A stretch of DNA of 64,000 nucleotides from a virus (lineage: Duplodnaviria > Heunggongvirae > Uroviricota > Caudoviricetes). The DNA is taken from positions 67,759 to 131,758 of the IMG/VR virus record IMGVR_UViG_3300018481_000018; one strand, given 5' to 3'. A program made the translations under genes and the position numbers. The notes beneath the pieces were generated by a model. The model was not told the DNA's origin and ran no database searches. It saw only the letters and a list, made by a program, of their open reading frames with translations. This document shows, piece by piece, positions 35,225 to 43,442 of this stretch. Position 1 is the stretch's first letter; each line of letters opens with the position of its first letter.

Positions 35225-36148
35225 CTAGTTCCCGCTGAGGCGGCGACGCATGCCTGCGCCGCCGATCAATGCCAGACCACCGACCACCAGCCAGGCCCAC
35301 AGGCTGTTGTCGTTGCTGGTCGGGGTGCTGCTCAGGCCAGCGTCGACCGCTGTGGGAACCTCCGGCATGGCCGGCGTCTCGGGCTGGTCGGGCTGGCTCG
35401 GCTGCTCCGGCACCTCGTGGATCACGGGCGGGCTCACCGGGGGCTGGCAGTCCGGGTTGTAGATCGGTCGCCCAATCGTCGGACACTCGACCGGAGGCTC
35501 GTCACACTGGCCCGGCTCGACCGGCGTCTCGGTGACCGTGACCGCGTTCCACGGCTCGCCCAGGACCCACTCGCTGGTGCCCTCGTCCCAGACGTACGGG
35601 GTGGTGGTCACCGTGTGGATGGTCACCTGCACCTTGTCGTCGCAGTCGAGCGAGGTCTCCGAGGTCTCCTGGACCAGCGGCTCGGGCTGCTCAGGCTGGT
35701 CGGGCGGACACTCCACGGCCGGGTGGTCGAAGGCGAAGCGGTATTCGGTCAGGTAGTCGTAGACCTTCACCCGCTCCAAGTAGAACCAGTCGCCTTTGCC
35801 GGAGCCGCCGTGACTGCGGAAGTACGGGCCTTCGACGCCGACGTTGTGGGGGTCGCCCTTCACGTTGGGCTGCCAGCGCGGGTCGGGGAACGGCGGCGGC
35901 TGAGTGTTGGACTCCCACGGGCCGTTCCAGGAGTACCGCTGCCAGCCCTCCTCGACGAGCACCTCAGTGGTGCGCTTGTCGACCTGGTACCAGCCGGGTC
36001 CGGGCGACTCGGCGACCCATCCGGTCGTCTCGGTCCAGGCGTCCTTGGGGGCGCAATCGTCGGTCGCAGTGGCTGGTGCGATGGTGATGGAGAAGAGACC
36101 CAGGCTCACGGCCAGGAGGGTCAGGATGGTGATGAGCAGGCGCTTCAT
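35225..36148 (-). CDS. secreted Pro-rich surface protein with N-terminal signal peptide and C-terminal TM anchor plus RRR tail (307 aa)
   Basis: MKRLLITILTLLAVSLGLFS..; C-terminal LWAWLVVGGLALIGGAGMRRRLSGN; SD GAAAGGAGCG. Confidence 0.6.
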   Translation of the reverse strand: MKRLLITILTLLAVSLGLFSITIAPATATDDCAPKDAWTETTGWVAESPGPGWYQVDKRTTEVLVEEGWQRYSWNGPWESNTQPPPFPDPRWQPNVKGDPHNVGVEGPYFRSHGGSGKGDWFYLERVKVYDYLTEYRFAFDHPAVECPPDQPEQPEPLVQETSETSLDCDDKVQVTIHTVTTTPYVWDEGTSEWVLGEPWNAVTVTETPVEPGQCDEPPVECPTIGRPIYNPDCQPPVSPPVIHEVPEQPSQPDQPETPAMPEVPTAVDAGLSSTPTSNDNSLWAWLVVGGLALIGGAGMRRRLSGN

Positions 36149-36198
36149 GAAGCGCTCCTTTCGAGAGGGTGGTGCAGTTGGGGGTAGAGCGGGGGGCA

Positions 36199-36231
36199 GC
36201 CGGGAGCCTACGTCAGTTGCAGGCTCCCGGC
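36199..36231. terminator. perfect 11-bp stem hairpin GCCGGGAGCCT/AGGCTCCCGGC
   Basis: Seen directly; between convergent ends of gene 36239.. and promoter region of 36148 gene; no U-tract. Confidence 0.5.
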
Positions 36232-36238
36232 GTGATGC

Positions 36239-36679
36239 TCAGTAGCGACGTGTCGTGCTGCCGAGCAGGCGGTGGTAGTCGGCGGTGGAGACCGGGACCT
36301 TGACCTCGGCGCTCATCTCCAGGAGTTCGATTGCGGTGGAGAGTTCCTGGGTGTCGCGTTCCAGGTTCTGCTTGATCTGTTCGAGGTAGTACTTGGCGTG
36401 CTCGACCTCGTAGCGGTGTCCCTCCTTCTTGGGCTTCTCCGGCACGCTCTTGGTGCTGCTGGCGAGGTTGCCGGCTGCGGTGGTCCGGATCTCACCGGCC
36501 TTGAGCATCTTGGCGACCTTGGCGAACCACTTCGCGGTCGCGGCGGCGTGGTCGTACTTCGAGTCGGCCAGCGCTTGGTACTTGTCGATCTCGACCTGGT
36601 AGTTGGCGGTGATCTCGTCGATCTTCGCCTGGAGCTTGGCGATCAGGTCGGCACGGTTGATCTTGATGTGGGCTTCCAC
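36239..36679 (-). CDS. hypothetical coiled-coil protein (146 aa)
   Basis: GTG 36679 preceded by AAGGAGGCGTGAC; ORF-track 36239..37141 N-terminal 154 aa (Pro/Ser/Arg) is wrong-frame junk. Confidence 0.5.
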   Translation of the reverse strand: MEAHIKINRADLIAKLQAKIDEITANYQVEIDKYQALADSKYDHAAATAKWFAKVAKMLKAGEIRTTAAGNLASSTKSVPEKPKKEGHRYEVEHAKYYLEQIKQNLERDTQELSTAIELLEMSAEVKVPVSTADYHRLLGSTTRRY

Positions 36680-36680
36680 G

Positions 36681-37109
36681 TCACGCCTCCTTGGTGAGGT
36701 TCTGCTGGGCGACGTCACCGCTCTCGGTCTTGAACACGACGACGGCGGCGACCCGGCCCTTGCCCGAGCTGGCCACGATCTCGGGCTTGCCGGTCTTGTG
36801 GACCCGGACGATGGCCTCGGCAAGTGCGGGCCCACCGTAGACGCGGCCCTTGGTGTGCTTGTAGCCCTGCTTCTCGACCAGCGCGTCGGCGGGGTTCTTG
36901 GCCTCGACAGCCTCGGCAGCGAGCGCCTCGGCAGCCTCCTCCTCAGAGAAGCCGGCGGCGAGCAGCGTGGCGGTGGCGTCGAGCTCGGGTTCGGGCTGCG
37001 TGTTCTTGCGGATGCGGTCGAAGGCGACCTTGGCCTTGGCCTGGGTACCCAGAACGGCGACGAGCGCCTGGAACTGCGGGTCGTTCTTGGTGGCGGCGTT
37101 GATGCCCAT
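36681..37109 (-). CDS. hypothetical protein (142 aa)
   Basis: ATG 37109 (MGINAATKNDPQF..) preceded by CACAGGAGGCCACC. Confidence 0.55.
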   Translation of the reverse strand: MGINAATKNDPQFQALVAVLGTQAKAKVAFDRIRKNTQPEPELDATATLLAAGFSEEEAAEALAAEAVEAKNPADALVEKQGYKHTKGRVYGGPALAEAIVRVHKTGKPEIVASSGKGRVAAVVVFKTESGDVAQQNLTKEA

Positions 37110-37184
37110 GATGGTGGCCTCCTGTGGCCTCGTGTGGACACGCTGCACGGGATCGTGCGGCGTGGGGGATTCTTCTTCGGTTCC

Positions 37185-37275
37185 TCGGACTACTCCGAAA
37201 TGTTGGGACGAAAGAGTTGTCACGCTACGTGTAGAACGCCTCACGCGTCACGCATCATGCGTCACGCGGTGTGCG
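37185..37275 (-). repeat. intergenic repeat element C: CTCCGAAATGTTGGGACGAAAGAGTTGTCACGC core plus 4 tandem TCACGCG/TCATGCG heptads
   Basis: Homologous to 3965-4050 and 22505-22600; heptads overlap stop of gene 37255..37623. Confidence 0.7.
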
Positions 37276-37623
37276 ACCCAGGATCGAGGCGATGGCTTCC
37301 TGCTCGGCCGCCTCAGCCTTGAGCAACTGGGCAGCGGCCAGTTTGTCGTGGTGAGCCATGACGTACTCGACCGCATCCTTGGCCTCCTTCAGTCCGATGC
37401 CGGCTCGCTGACGCACCTCCTTGATGGCGTTGATCTTCTTCTCGGGGATGTAGACGAGGATGTCCTCCTCGCCCATGATCCATTCGGCCACACCCACCAC
37501 ATCGACACCCTCCAGGGCGATGGCGAGCGTGCGTCCGCCGATGTCGATCATCTCGATGGCGGCGGCGATCGCCATGGAGGGTTGACGCTTGGACAGCGCC
37601 CTGATCCTCTCCTCGAAGTTCAC
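37255..37623 (-). CDS. ribosomal protein L7/L12 (bL12) C-terminal-domain-like protein
   Basis: KINAIKEVRQRAGIGLKEAKDAVE closely parallels bL12 CTD [24 protein letters not shown]; ends ..TPRDA* inside heptad repeat. Confidence 0.6.
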   Translation of the reverse strand: MNFEERIRALSKRQPSMAIAAAIEMIDIGGRTLAIALEGVDVVGVAEWIMGEEDILVYIPEKKINAIKEVRQRAGIGLKEAKDAVEYVMAHHDKLAAAQLLKAEAAEQEAIASILGRTPRDA

Positions 37624-39029
37624 GCTTCACTCACTCCCTTCACCATGTCCTCGCCGGTGACCAGCATGGCGAGGTGCTCGATCAGCGCCTCGGCGGCCTC
37701 AGCTGCGCTGGCGTACTTGAGCGTGGGCCGCAGCGGCTGGCGTACCGCAGGCTCGTCAGGAAGGTAGAACAACTCGAAGTCGCTCGCCATCACTGCGTGC
37801 GGACGACCACCTGGGCCCCGCATCGACCAGCCGATCATGTGCTGGTCGAACGAGTCGATCACCGAGATGATGAAACCCGGCAGCCAGTCGAACTCGTTGC
37901 GGACGTACTGACGAGCGGCGTCGCCTCGGGCCTTGCGAGCCCGGTCCATTGTCCACTCCTTGCCGTCCCGGTTGCGACCGGTCGTGGCGTTGACCACGGC
38001 CTGCCACAACCACTCACCCTCACCGTCAGGAGCCGAGCGGAACACGTCCTCGGCGTGCTTGCGCCACTTGAACGCGCCGTCGGCCCTGGTGTTGTCGAGC
38101 AGCAACTCGGCCAGCACGTCGAGTCCACGCTCTGCGATAGCAGCGTTGATCGCCGTGGCCAGCAGGGCGGGGTCGATACCACCAGGACGCTGGAACCTCG
38201 CGCCCTGGAACGCTGGCGCTCGGTCGGCCTTGAACCGGCTCATCATCGGGTCGTCGCCGACGCCGTTGATGTTGGCCATGATCGTGGCTACCAGGTCGAT
38301 GTTCTGCCACTTCAGGTTGTGCGAGCGGAAGTACACGTCGATCATCGTGTCCATCACTCGGTTGTTGGTGACCTGCATCAGCCACTTGCGAGCCTTGCTG
38401 ATCTGCTTGCGCTCAGCTCGCTCGTCATCGGTCAGCTGGTCACCGGGCACGTCACCCGTGCGCTTGGTCTCGCCACCGATCTGCTCGGCGGCCACCTCCA
38501 GCACGTCCAGGTCCTGATCGGACTTGGCGAGCATCAGCGCCATGGACTCGAGCACGTTGGCACCCACGTCGTCGGCGACGTCTCCGAGGTACCGGCCAGC
38601 CCAGCGTCGCTTGCTCTCAGCGATTCGGACGACCGTCGGAAACATGTGGGCCATGACTGCCCACGCCTGCTTCATGCGTGCTTCGTCGGGCTGACTCGGC
38701 GAGTTGACGATCTCGTCGAAGGCCAGCTTGCGCGCAGCTCGGGCACGAGCCGTCGCCTTGCGCTTCAGGCTCTTGTCGGCCTTGGCTGCCGCCAGTCCCT
38801 CGAACCTCGCCTCTTCCAAGGCGAGGCCCATGTTGTCACCCAGGCCGTCGACCTGGACCATGTTGCGAGCGGGATGCTTGTCGGACCCCTTGCGCAAGCC
38901 GGCGTCGGCCATGCTTGCGAGGTCGTGGTTGGCGAACGGGTTGTCCTCGGGACGATCCACCTTGGCTCGCTTGTGCTCCTCGAGCGCAGCGGTCAGGCGT
39001 TCGACCAGGGATCGGTCAGTCGTCTTCAT
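37620..39029 (-). CDS. hypothetical protein (469 aa)
   Basis: ORF track; SD CCCAAGGAGGCC before ATG 39029. Confidence 0.65.
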   Translation of the reverse strand: MKTTDRSLVERLTAALEEHKRAKVDRPEDNPFANHDLASMADAGLRKGSDKHPARNMVQVDGLGDNMGLALEEARFEGLAAAKADKSLKRKATARARAARKLAFDEIVNSPSQPDEARMKQAWAVMAHMFPTVVRIAESKRRWAGRYLGDVADDVGANVLESMALMLAKSDQDLDVLEVAAEQIGGETKRTGDVPGDQLTDDERAERKQISKARKWLMQVTNNRVMDTMIDVYFRSHNLKWQNIDLVATIMANINGVGDDPMMSRFKADRAPAFQGARFQRPGGIDPALLATAINAAIAERGLDVLAELLLDNTRADGAFKWRKHAEDVFRSAPDGEGEWLWQAVVNATTGRNRDGKEWTMDRARKARGDAARQYVRNEFDWLPGFIISVIDSFDQHMIGWSMRGPGGRPHAVMASDFELFYLPDEPAVRQPLRPTLKYASAAEAAEALIEHLAMLVTGEDMVKGVSEA

Positions 39030-39050
39030 GCGGCCTCCTTGGGCCTGTGT

Positions 39051-39401
39051 TCAGTGGTTCAGGTAGTCGATGTACGAGTCGTCGAGTGAGTGCTCACCGG
39101 AGCCTGAGTAGTAGTAGCCGTCGTCCGGGTCGGGCGGTGCCTCACCGTAGGCCTGGGCCATGGCGAGCGTGTCACGCTCGATGTCCTCGTCGGTCTCGTC
39201 GGGGCAGTACCCATCCTGCATGTAGTGCTTGGTCGAGCCGCACCGACACGCGCGACCCTGGAGCTCGGCGAGCCGGTCCAGGCAGGCGGTGCAGTTGACG
39301 TTGGTCGAGCAGTCCCGGACCAGGTTGTCCTTGTCCGGAGTTGCGCCACACAGCGTGGCCTGCACGTCGTTGGTCTTGAGGTCGAACAGGTGGCGCGTCA
39401 T
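39051..39401 (-). CDS. hypothetical Cys-rich acidic protein (116 aa)
   Basis: ATG 39401 (MTRHLFDLKTND..); codons upstream to the ORF-track GTG 39467 have low GC3. Confidence 0.5.
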   Translation of the reverse strand: MTRHLFDLKTNDVQATLCGATPDKDNLVRDCSTNVNCTACLDRLAELQGRACRCGSTKHYMQDGYCPDETDEDIERDTLAMAQAYGEAPPDPDDGYYYSGSGEHSLDDSYIDYLNH

Positions 39402-39489
39402 GGCCGACGCTCGCGGGTGTACTCCGGCAGGCCCAGGAACTCGCCGGTTGGCGTCATGAACCACCACCAGAATGCTTTCAATGCGCGCT

Positions 39490-39660
39490 TCATGAGGAGA
39501 TCCTTCCTTCGGGGTCGCACCCCACGTAGATCTTGTCGCCGATCCAGCCAGCGACGTAGCCCTCGGGCAGGTCGAAGGTGGGCCGGAAGTTGGCTGGGTC
39601 GAACGGGACGTCGTAGCGGTTGCACAGGTCGTGCAATGCCTTCTGTTGGGCCTCGGTCAT
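39490..39660 (-). CDS. hypothetical small protein (56 aa)
   Basis: ATG 39660 overlaps upstream stop (ATGA); ORF-track 123-aa N-terminal extension junk. Confidence 0.4.
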   Translation of the reverse strand: MTEAQQKALHDLCNRYDVPFDPANFRPTFDLPEGYVAGWIGDKIYVGCDPEGRISS

Positions 39661-39899
39661 GGTCGCTCCTTGTGGTGGATGGCGTTGTGCTCCCTGCGTA
39701 GCTCGAAGCACACCACGCAGGGGTTGAACACCTGGCTGATGGGCGTGGGCCCGGATCTGATGACCTTGGGGACGCCGCAGAAGGCGGTCACCGTGTCGCC
39801 GATCCCCACGTCTGGCAAGCACGTGGCGCACGCGCCGTGTACTGGTGCGTGCGCCGACGTGGTGGATTGCTCTACGCGCTCCTCGGTTGCTGTCGTCAC
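39657..39899 (-). CDS. hypothetical Cys-rich protein (80 aa)
   Basis: ORF track; ATGA overlaps both sides. Confidence 0.45.
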   Translation of the reverse strand: MTTATEERVEQSTTSAHAPVHGACATCLPDVGIGDTVTAFCGVPKVIRSGPTPISQVFNPCVVCFELRREHNAIHHKERP

Positions 39900-40339
39900 T
39901 TCTGCGACTCCTTCCAGGCGAGGAACTCGGCGAGATCCTCCTCCTTGACGTCGTGCTGGGCCAGGGTGTTGGCCAGCCTGATCTTGTCCTGGACGTAGCC
40001 GCCACCGGGCTGCCGGCGCTTGTACTCACTCGCCAGGAACTCGTTGATGCGGCGGCCGAGCAGGGAGTTGCGGTCCTTGTCGCCTCGGATGCCCTTGTAC
40101 TGCTCGAACAGGTGGTTGTACGGAGCCTTGCGGCTCTTGGGGCTCAGGTCCTGGAAGTGCTCGACCATCTCTGGGGTGAACACGATCTCGGACACCGGCA
40201 TCTTGTGCGGGTCGACGCCCTCAGGTGCCCACGGCACGATGCTGGGCTGCCTGGTGACCGGACGGACCAGTGCGGGTGCGTCCGGGTTCAGGCCGGCGGC
40301 CAGCAGGGTCTCGCGGCGCTGGGCTTCGGTCTTGGGCAT
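39896..40339 (-). CDS. hypothetical protein (147 aa)
   Basis: ORF track; SD CACAAGGAGGCAA. Confidence 0.55.
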   Translation of the reverse strand: MPKTEAQRRETLLAAGLNPDAPALVRPVTRQPSIVPWAPEGVDPHKMPVSEIVFTPEMVEHFQDLSPKSRKAPYNHLFEQYKGIRGDKDRNSLLGRRINEFLASEYKRRQPGGGYVQDKIRLANTLAQHDVKEEDLAEFLAWKESQK

Positions 40340-40379
40340 GGTTGTTGCCTCCTTGTGCTGGTTTGAACGGGTGTCTGGA

Positions 40380-40736
40380 TCAGTTGCCGGTGACGAGCAT
40401 GAGCAAGAGCGCGCCCATCATCAGCGAGCCGAACAGGATCGCTCCGAGGTCGAAGTCGTTGCTGTCGGTCACCTTGCGTCGCAGGCCGTTGTGGATCACG
40501 GATGCCGTGTCGATGAGCAGGTAGACCGCCAGCGTGACGTACTGCCAGGAGAGGTGATCCGCGCCGGTGACCAGCAGCGCCATCTGCGCCACGTTCCAGA
40601 GCGTCATCACCACGATCGTGACGGGCCCGCGCCTGAAGGGACGGGTGGTGAGCCAGATGCCGATGAACAGATCCAAGACCAGCCAGACGAACAGCACCTG
40701 GTGCTGCCAGGACATGTCGGTGTAGAGCTCGTACAT
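40380..40736 (-). CDS. integral membrane protein (118 aa)
   Basis: ATG 40736 (MYELYTDMSWQHQVLFVWLVL..) preceded by CCCAAGGAGGCCACC. Confidence 0.5.
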   Translation of the reverse strand: MYELYTDMSWQHQVLFVWLVLDLFIGIWLTTRPFRRGPVTIVVMTLWNVAQMALLVTGADHLSWQYVTLAVYLLIDTASVIHNGLRRKVTDSNDFDLGAILFGSLMMGALLLMLVTGN

Positions 40737-40770
40737 AGGTGGCCTCCTTGGGCCTCGGTGTTGCGGGTGG

Positions 40771-40986
40771 TCAGCGCCGGTCGTCCTGAGTAGGAGCCAG
40801 TCGGTCGGTCTCGTCGTGAATGACGACACCTGGGGTCTCGCGGAGCGCGTCGCCGTGCTCCTTGGCGTGGTGGGCGCAGAACCGAAGTTCTCCACCCGTG
40901 GGCAAGGTGGCGAGCAGGTACGCCTGCGCTCCACAGCGGTCACAGCGGTCGATGGCGGTCAGGGACTGTGCGGCCTGGACGGTCAT
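40771..40986 (-). CDS. hypothetical protein with CDRCG..C..HH (71 aa)
   Basis: ATG 40986 preceded by AGAGGAGGAGTC. Confidence 0.5.
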   Translation of the reverse strand: MTVQAAQSLTAIDRCDRCGAQAYLLATLPTGGELRFCAHHAKEHGDALRETPGVVIHDETDRLAPTQDDRR

Positions 40987-41026
40987 GACTCCTCCTCTGT
41001 TGAGTTGTTCATCGGTTACTGCTGGG

Positions 41027-41638
41027 TCAGGTTGTGCTGACGGGGTGCAGGGCGGCGACGTTGGGGTCGTCGTCACACGTCTTGCAGATCGGCCGACCGG
41101 GGTTGTCGTCGTTGATGTGACCACCCTCAGCGCACTCATCGGGGTTGTCCCAGGTGATCGCTCGCACGCTCACGTCGGAGTCGCCGATGATCCGGTTGAG
41201 TAGGTCCTCGCCGTACCCCGTGGCCTGCGCGACAGCTTCACTGGCGGCCGTCTTGCAGATCTCCTCGATACTGGCCGAGTGGTGCTCGTTCAGGTCCACG
41301 GTGAAGGTGACCAGTTGGATGCCGAAGAAGGAGACGAAGGAACCGGTCACGTGGTACGCGGTGATGGCACCGGACTCGACGGCAGCGCCTAGCACGGCGT
41401 CCATGAACTCCTTGCCGTGGGTGTCGCCGAACACCTGGTACTCAGCGACCAGGCGCAGCGGCACGGTGTCGGTGGTGGTCTCGGTCATGGTGGTCCTCGT
41501 TTCCTGTGCGTTGAGTTGTGCGTTGAGTGCGGCCTGGCAGGTGGGGCAGTACCACCGTCCATGGATCGTCGGCGCGGTGGTGCCACCCTCCTCCCAAACC
41601 AGCGGGGTGAAGTGGATGCTGCATGCGTCAGGCTTCAT
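41027..41638 (-). CDS. hypothetical protein (203 aa; alt start 41488)
   Basis: ORF track; ATGA overlap with upstream gene supports 41638. Confidence 0.5.
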   Translation of the reverse strand: MKPDACSIHFTPLVWEEGGTTAPTIHGRWYCPTCQAALNAQLNAQETRTTMTETTTDTVPLRLVAEYQVFGDTHGKEFMDAVLGAAVESGAITAYHVTGSFVSFFGIQLVTFTVDLNEHHSASIEEICKTAASEAVAQATGYGEDLLNRIIGDSDVSVRAITWDNPDECAEGGHINDDNPGRPICKTCDDDPNVAALHPVSTT

Positions 41639-41907
41639 GACAACCTCGCTGCGAGACTTCTGAGCAGGCGCTCGATGGGCTCACGCTGCTGGTTGTTGTC
41701 GAGGGTGATCCGGTACTCGACCTTGGTCATCACCCGCTTGGTGAACCAGCCGCGTTGGCCGATCACCTTCTCGTTGAGCGCGGTGACGGAGACTGCACTG
41801 TCGGGGCATCCCTCCTGCACTCGATCGGCCATGTAGCGCAGCGACCGCATGAATCCGTCGACCTCATCGGCGTAGCCCCACACGCGGCCGGTGATCACCC
41901 CGGTCAC
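41635..41907 (-). CDS. hypothetical protein (90 aa)
   Basis: ORF track. Confidence 0.5.
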   Translation of the reverse strand: MTGVITGRVWGYADEVDGFMRSLRYMADRVQEGCPDSAVSVTALNEKVIGQRGWFTKRVMTKVEYRITLDNNQQREPIERLLRSLAARLS

Positions 41908-42947
41908 ACCACACCGACCCTGACCAGGTGCTCGAGCGCCTCGTCGTAGGTCTTGCCGGTCACCTTGGCGAACGCTTCGACCTTGGCAACCTTGGCCTTG
42001 GCGTCAGGCTCGACCACAGCCACCAGGCGCTCCTGCTCGGGGGCGTCCTTGAACAGCCGCTTGTGGAGCTTGCGCACCTCGGCGTAGGTGACGTCGGGAC
42101 TGAGCAGCGTCTCGCCCAGCGAGTGCAGCACCTTGTTGTACGGGCTGCGCTCGTCGCGTGACACGGCCTCGTCCAGGTTGACCTCGGTGAAGTCCAGGGC
42201 GGGCACCTTCTTGCCGTTGACGGCGAACCCTCCCATCCACTTCTTGTGCAGGCTCTGCTCGGCGCGGTCAGCCTTCAACTGCGCCTTGTCGCGGGCCTCA
42301 CGCTCGGCCTTCTCGCGGATAGCCTGCTCCCTGCGCTCGGCCAGCGCAAGAGCCTCCTCGGCCTCCATCAGGTCACGCGCCTTGCCGGCCGCCTCGGCCA
42401 ACTCGGCGTTGGTGAAGTTGCTCAGGTTGAGCACGGGCTCCTCCTTCCACTCGGGCTTCTCGACACGGGCGTCGTGAATCACGATGCCCTGCTTGCCGTT
42501 GGTGCGTACCAGGGCACACGCCTGGCACACGGCGGTCCTAGGCATGGCGGTCAGGATCGCCAGATCCACGCCCTCGGGTGCGATCTCCACCATGAGCGGG
42601 CTCTGGCAGTCCGCGCAGTTGGTCTCGATCCAGCCCTCGCTGCGCAGGTCGATCTCCACGCCGTTGATCACGGTCACGGGCATGTCGGCCAGGCTCGGTT
42701 CGGGCTCGGCCCTGACTCCGGTGTGGGTCTGCTCGGAGTGGCTGCACGCGCACAGCTTGAAGCCGTCCTGGACTGTGCCGGAGGGCAGGAAGCCTTCGCA
42801 CTCAGCCTTGCAGCGCACTGCGCCACACGCCTTGCCGAGAATGGCCTTGGGCTGGGGTGTCACGTCGACACCAGCCTTCAGGTTGGTCTTCACGCGCTCG
42901 AGCGCCTCGATCTGCTCAGGTGAGAGCAGGTTGTTGATGTCGGTCAT
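41904..42947 (-). CDS. hypothetical protein, Cys-rich N-half plus Ala/Glu/Arg coiled-coil (347 aa)
   Basis: ATG 42947 (MTDINNLLSPEQ..) preceded by GGAAGGATAGACGC and overlapping upstream stop. Confidence 0.6.
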   Translation of the reverse strand: MTDINNLLSPEQIEALERVKTNLKAGVDVTPQPKAILGKACGAVRCKAECEGFLPSGTVQDGFKLCACSHSEQTHTGVRAEPEPSLADMPVTVINGVEIDLRSEGWIETNCADCQSPLMVEIAPEGVDLAILTAMPRTAVCQACALVRTNGKQGIVIHDARVEKPEWKEEPVLNLSNFTNAELAEAAGKARDLMEAEEALALAERREQAIREKAEREARDKAQLKADRAEQSLHKKWMGGFAVNGKKVPALDFTEVNLDEAVSRDERSPYNKVLHSLGETLLSPDVTYAEVRKLHKRLFKDAPEQERLVAVVEPDAKAKVAKVEAFAKVTGKTYDEALEHLVRVGVV

Positions 42948-43138
42948 GCGTCTATCCTTCCGTGGTTCTCGACCCCGTGCTCGGAGTCGATCTTGTGGTG
43001 CTCGCGCACGATGGCGCGCTTGAGCAGGGGCCAGATCAGCCCCAGGAACAGCAGGTCGACGAGGATCATGAAGGTCACCTCGGCGGCCATGTGGGCAGGG
43101 TCGGCGACGATGTGCCACCACGCGGCCAGGAAGTCCAT
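42944..43138 (-). CDS. small membrane protein (64 aa)
   Basis: ORF track; TM FMILVDLLFLGLIWPLL. Confidence 0.45.
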   Translation of the reverse strand: MDFLAAWWHIVADPAHMAAEVTFMILVDLLFLGLIWPLLKRAIVREHHKIDSEHGVENHGRIDA

Positions 43139-43260
43139 CAGGGCAGCGCCTTCCCGATCACGTAGACCAGGAGGACCATCCCTCCCACGTAGGCCAGGGC
43201 GGCCACGGCGTAGAGCGTGGCCCCGGTCTTGGACAGCTGGCGCGCTCTGTGCTTGCTCAT
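43138..43260 (-). CDS. small membrane peptide (40 aa)
   Basis: ATG 43260 preceded by GGAGGCATCGG and overlapping upstream stop (ATGA); MSKHRARQLSKTGATLYAVAALAYVGGMVLLVYVIGKALP. Confidence 0.35.
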   Translation of the reverse strand: MSKHRARQLSKTGATLYAVAALAYVGGMVLLVYVIGKALP

Positions 43261-43442
43261 CCGATGCCTCCGAACTTCTCGTAGGGGCTGGGCTCGGCCG
43301 GCTCGGCGACGGCCGGCGGCTTGGCGCGCAGCGTGAAGGGTGGGCGCTCCACCTTGGCTCGGCGGTCGGCTCGCACCTGAGCGATCAGGCGGCGTTGGGT
43401 CCTGGCAGCCTTGACTGCCTTGGCGCGTTCGGTGGGTGTCAT
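43257..43442 (-). CDS. small basic protein (61 aa)
   Basis: ATG 43442 (MTPTERAKAVKAAR..) shares a base with upstream stop. Confidence 0.45.
   Translation of the reverse strand: MTPTERAKAVKAARTQRRLIAQVRADRRAKVERPPFTLRAKPPAVAEPAEPSPYEKFGGIG

Noticed and set aside
36239-37141. 300-aa minus ORF spanning two real genes
   Set aside because: The N-terminal 154 aa are a Pro/Ser/Arg/Thr-rich wrong-frame read through gene 36681-37109. Only the C-terminal 146 aa (from GTG 36679 with AAGGAGG) is coding-like.
39402-39467. Upstream GTG start (39467) for gene 39051-39401 given by ORF track
   Set aside because: Codons between 39467 and ATG 39401 have low third-position GC (GTT, CAT, CGA, CCT, GGA, GTA) unlike the rest of the gene, so the ATG was preferred.
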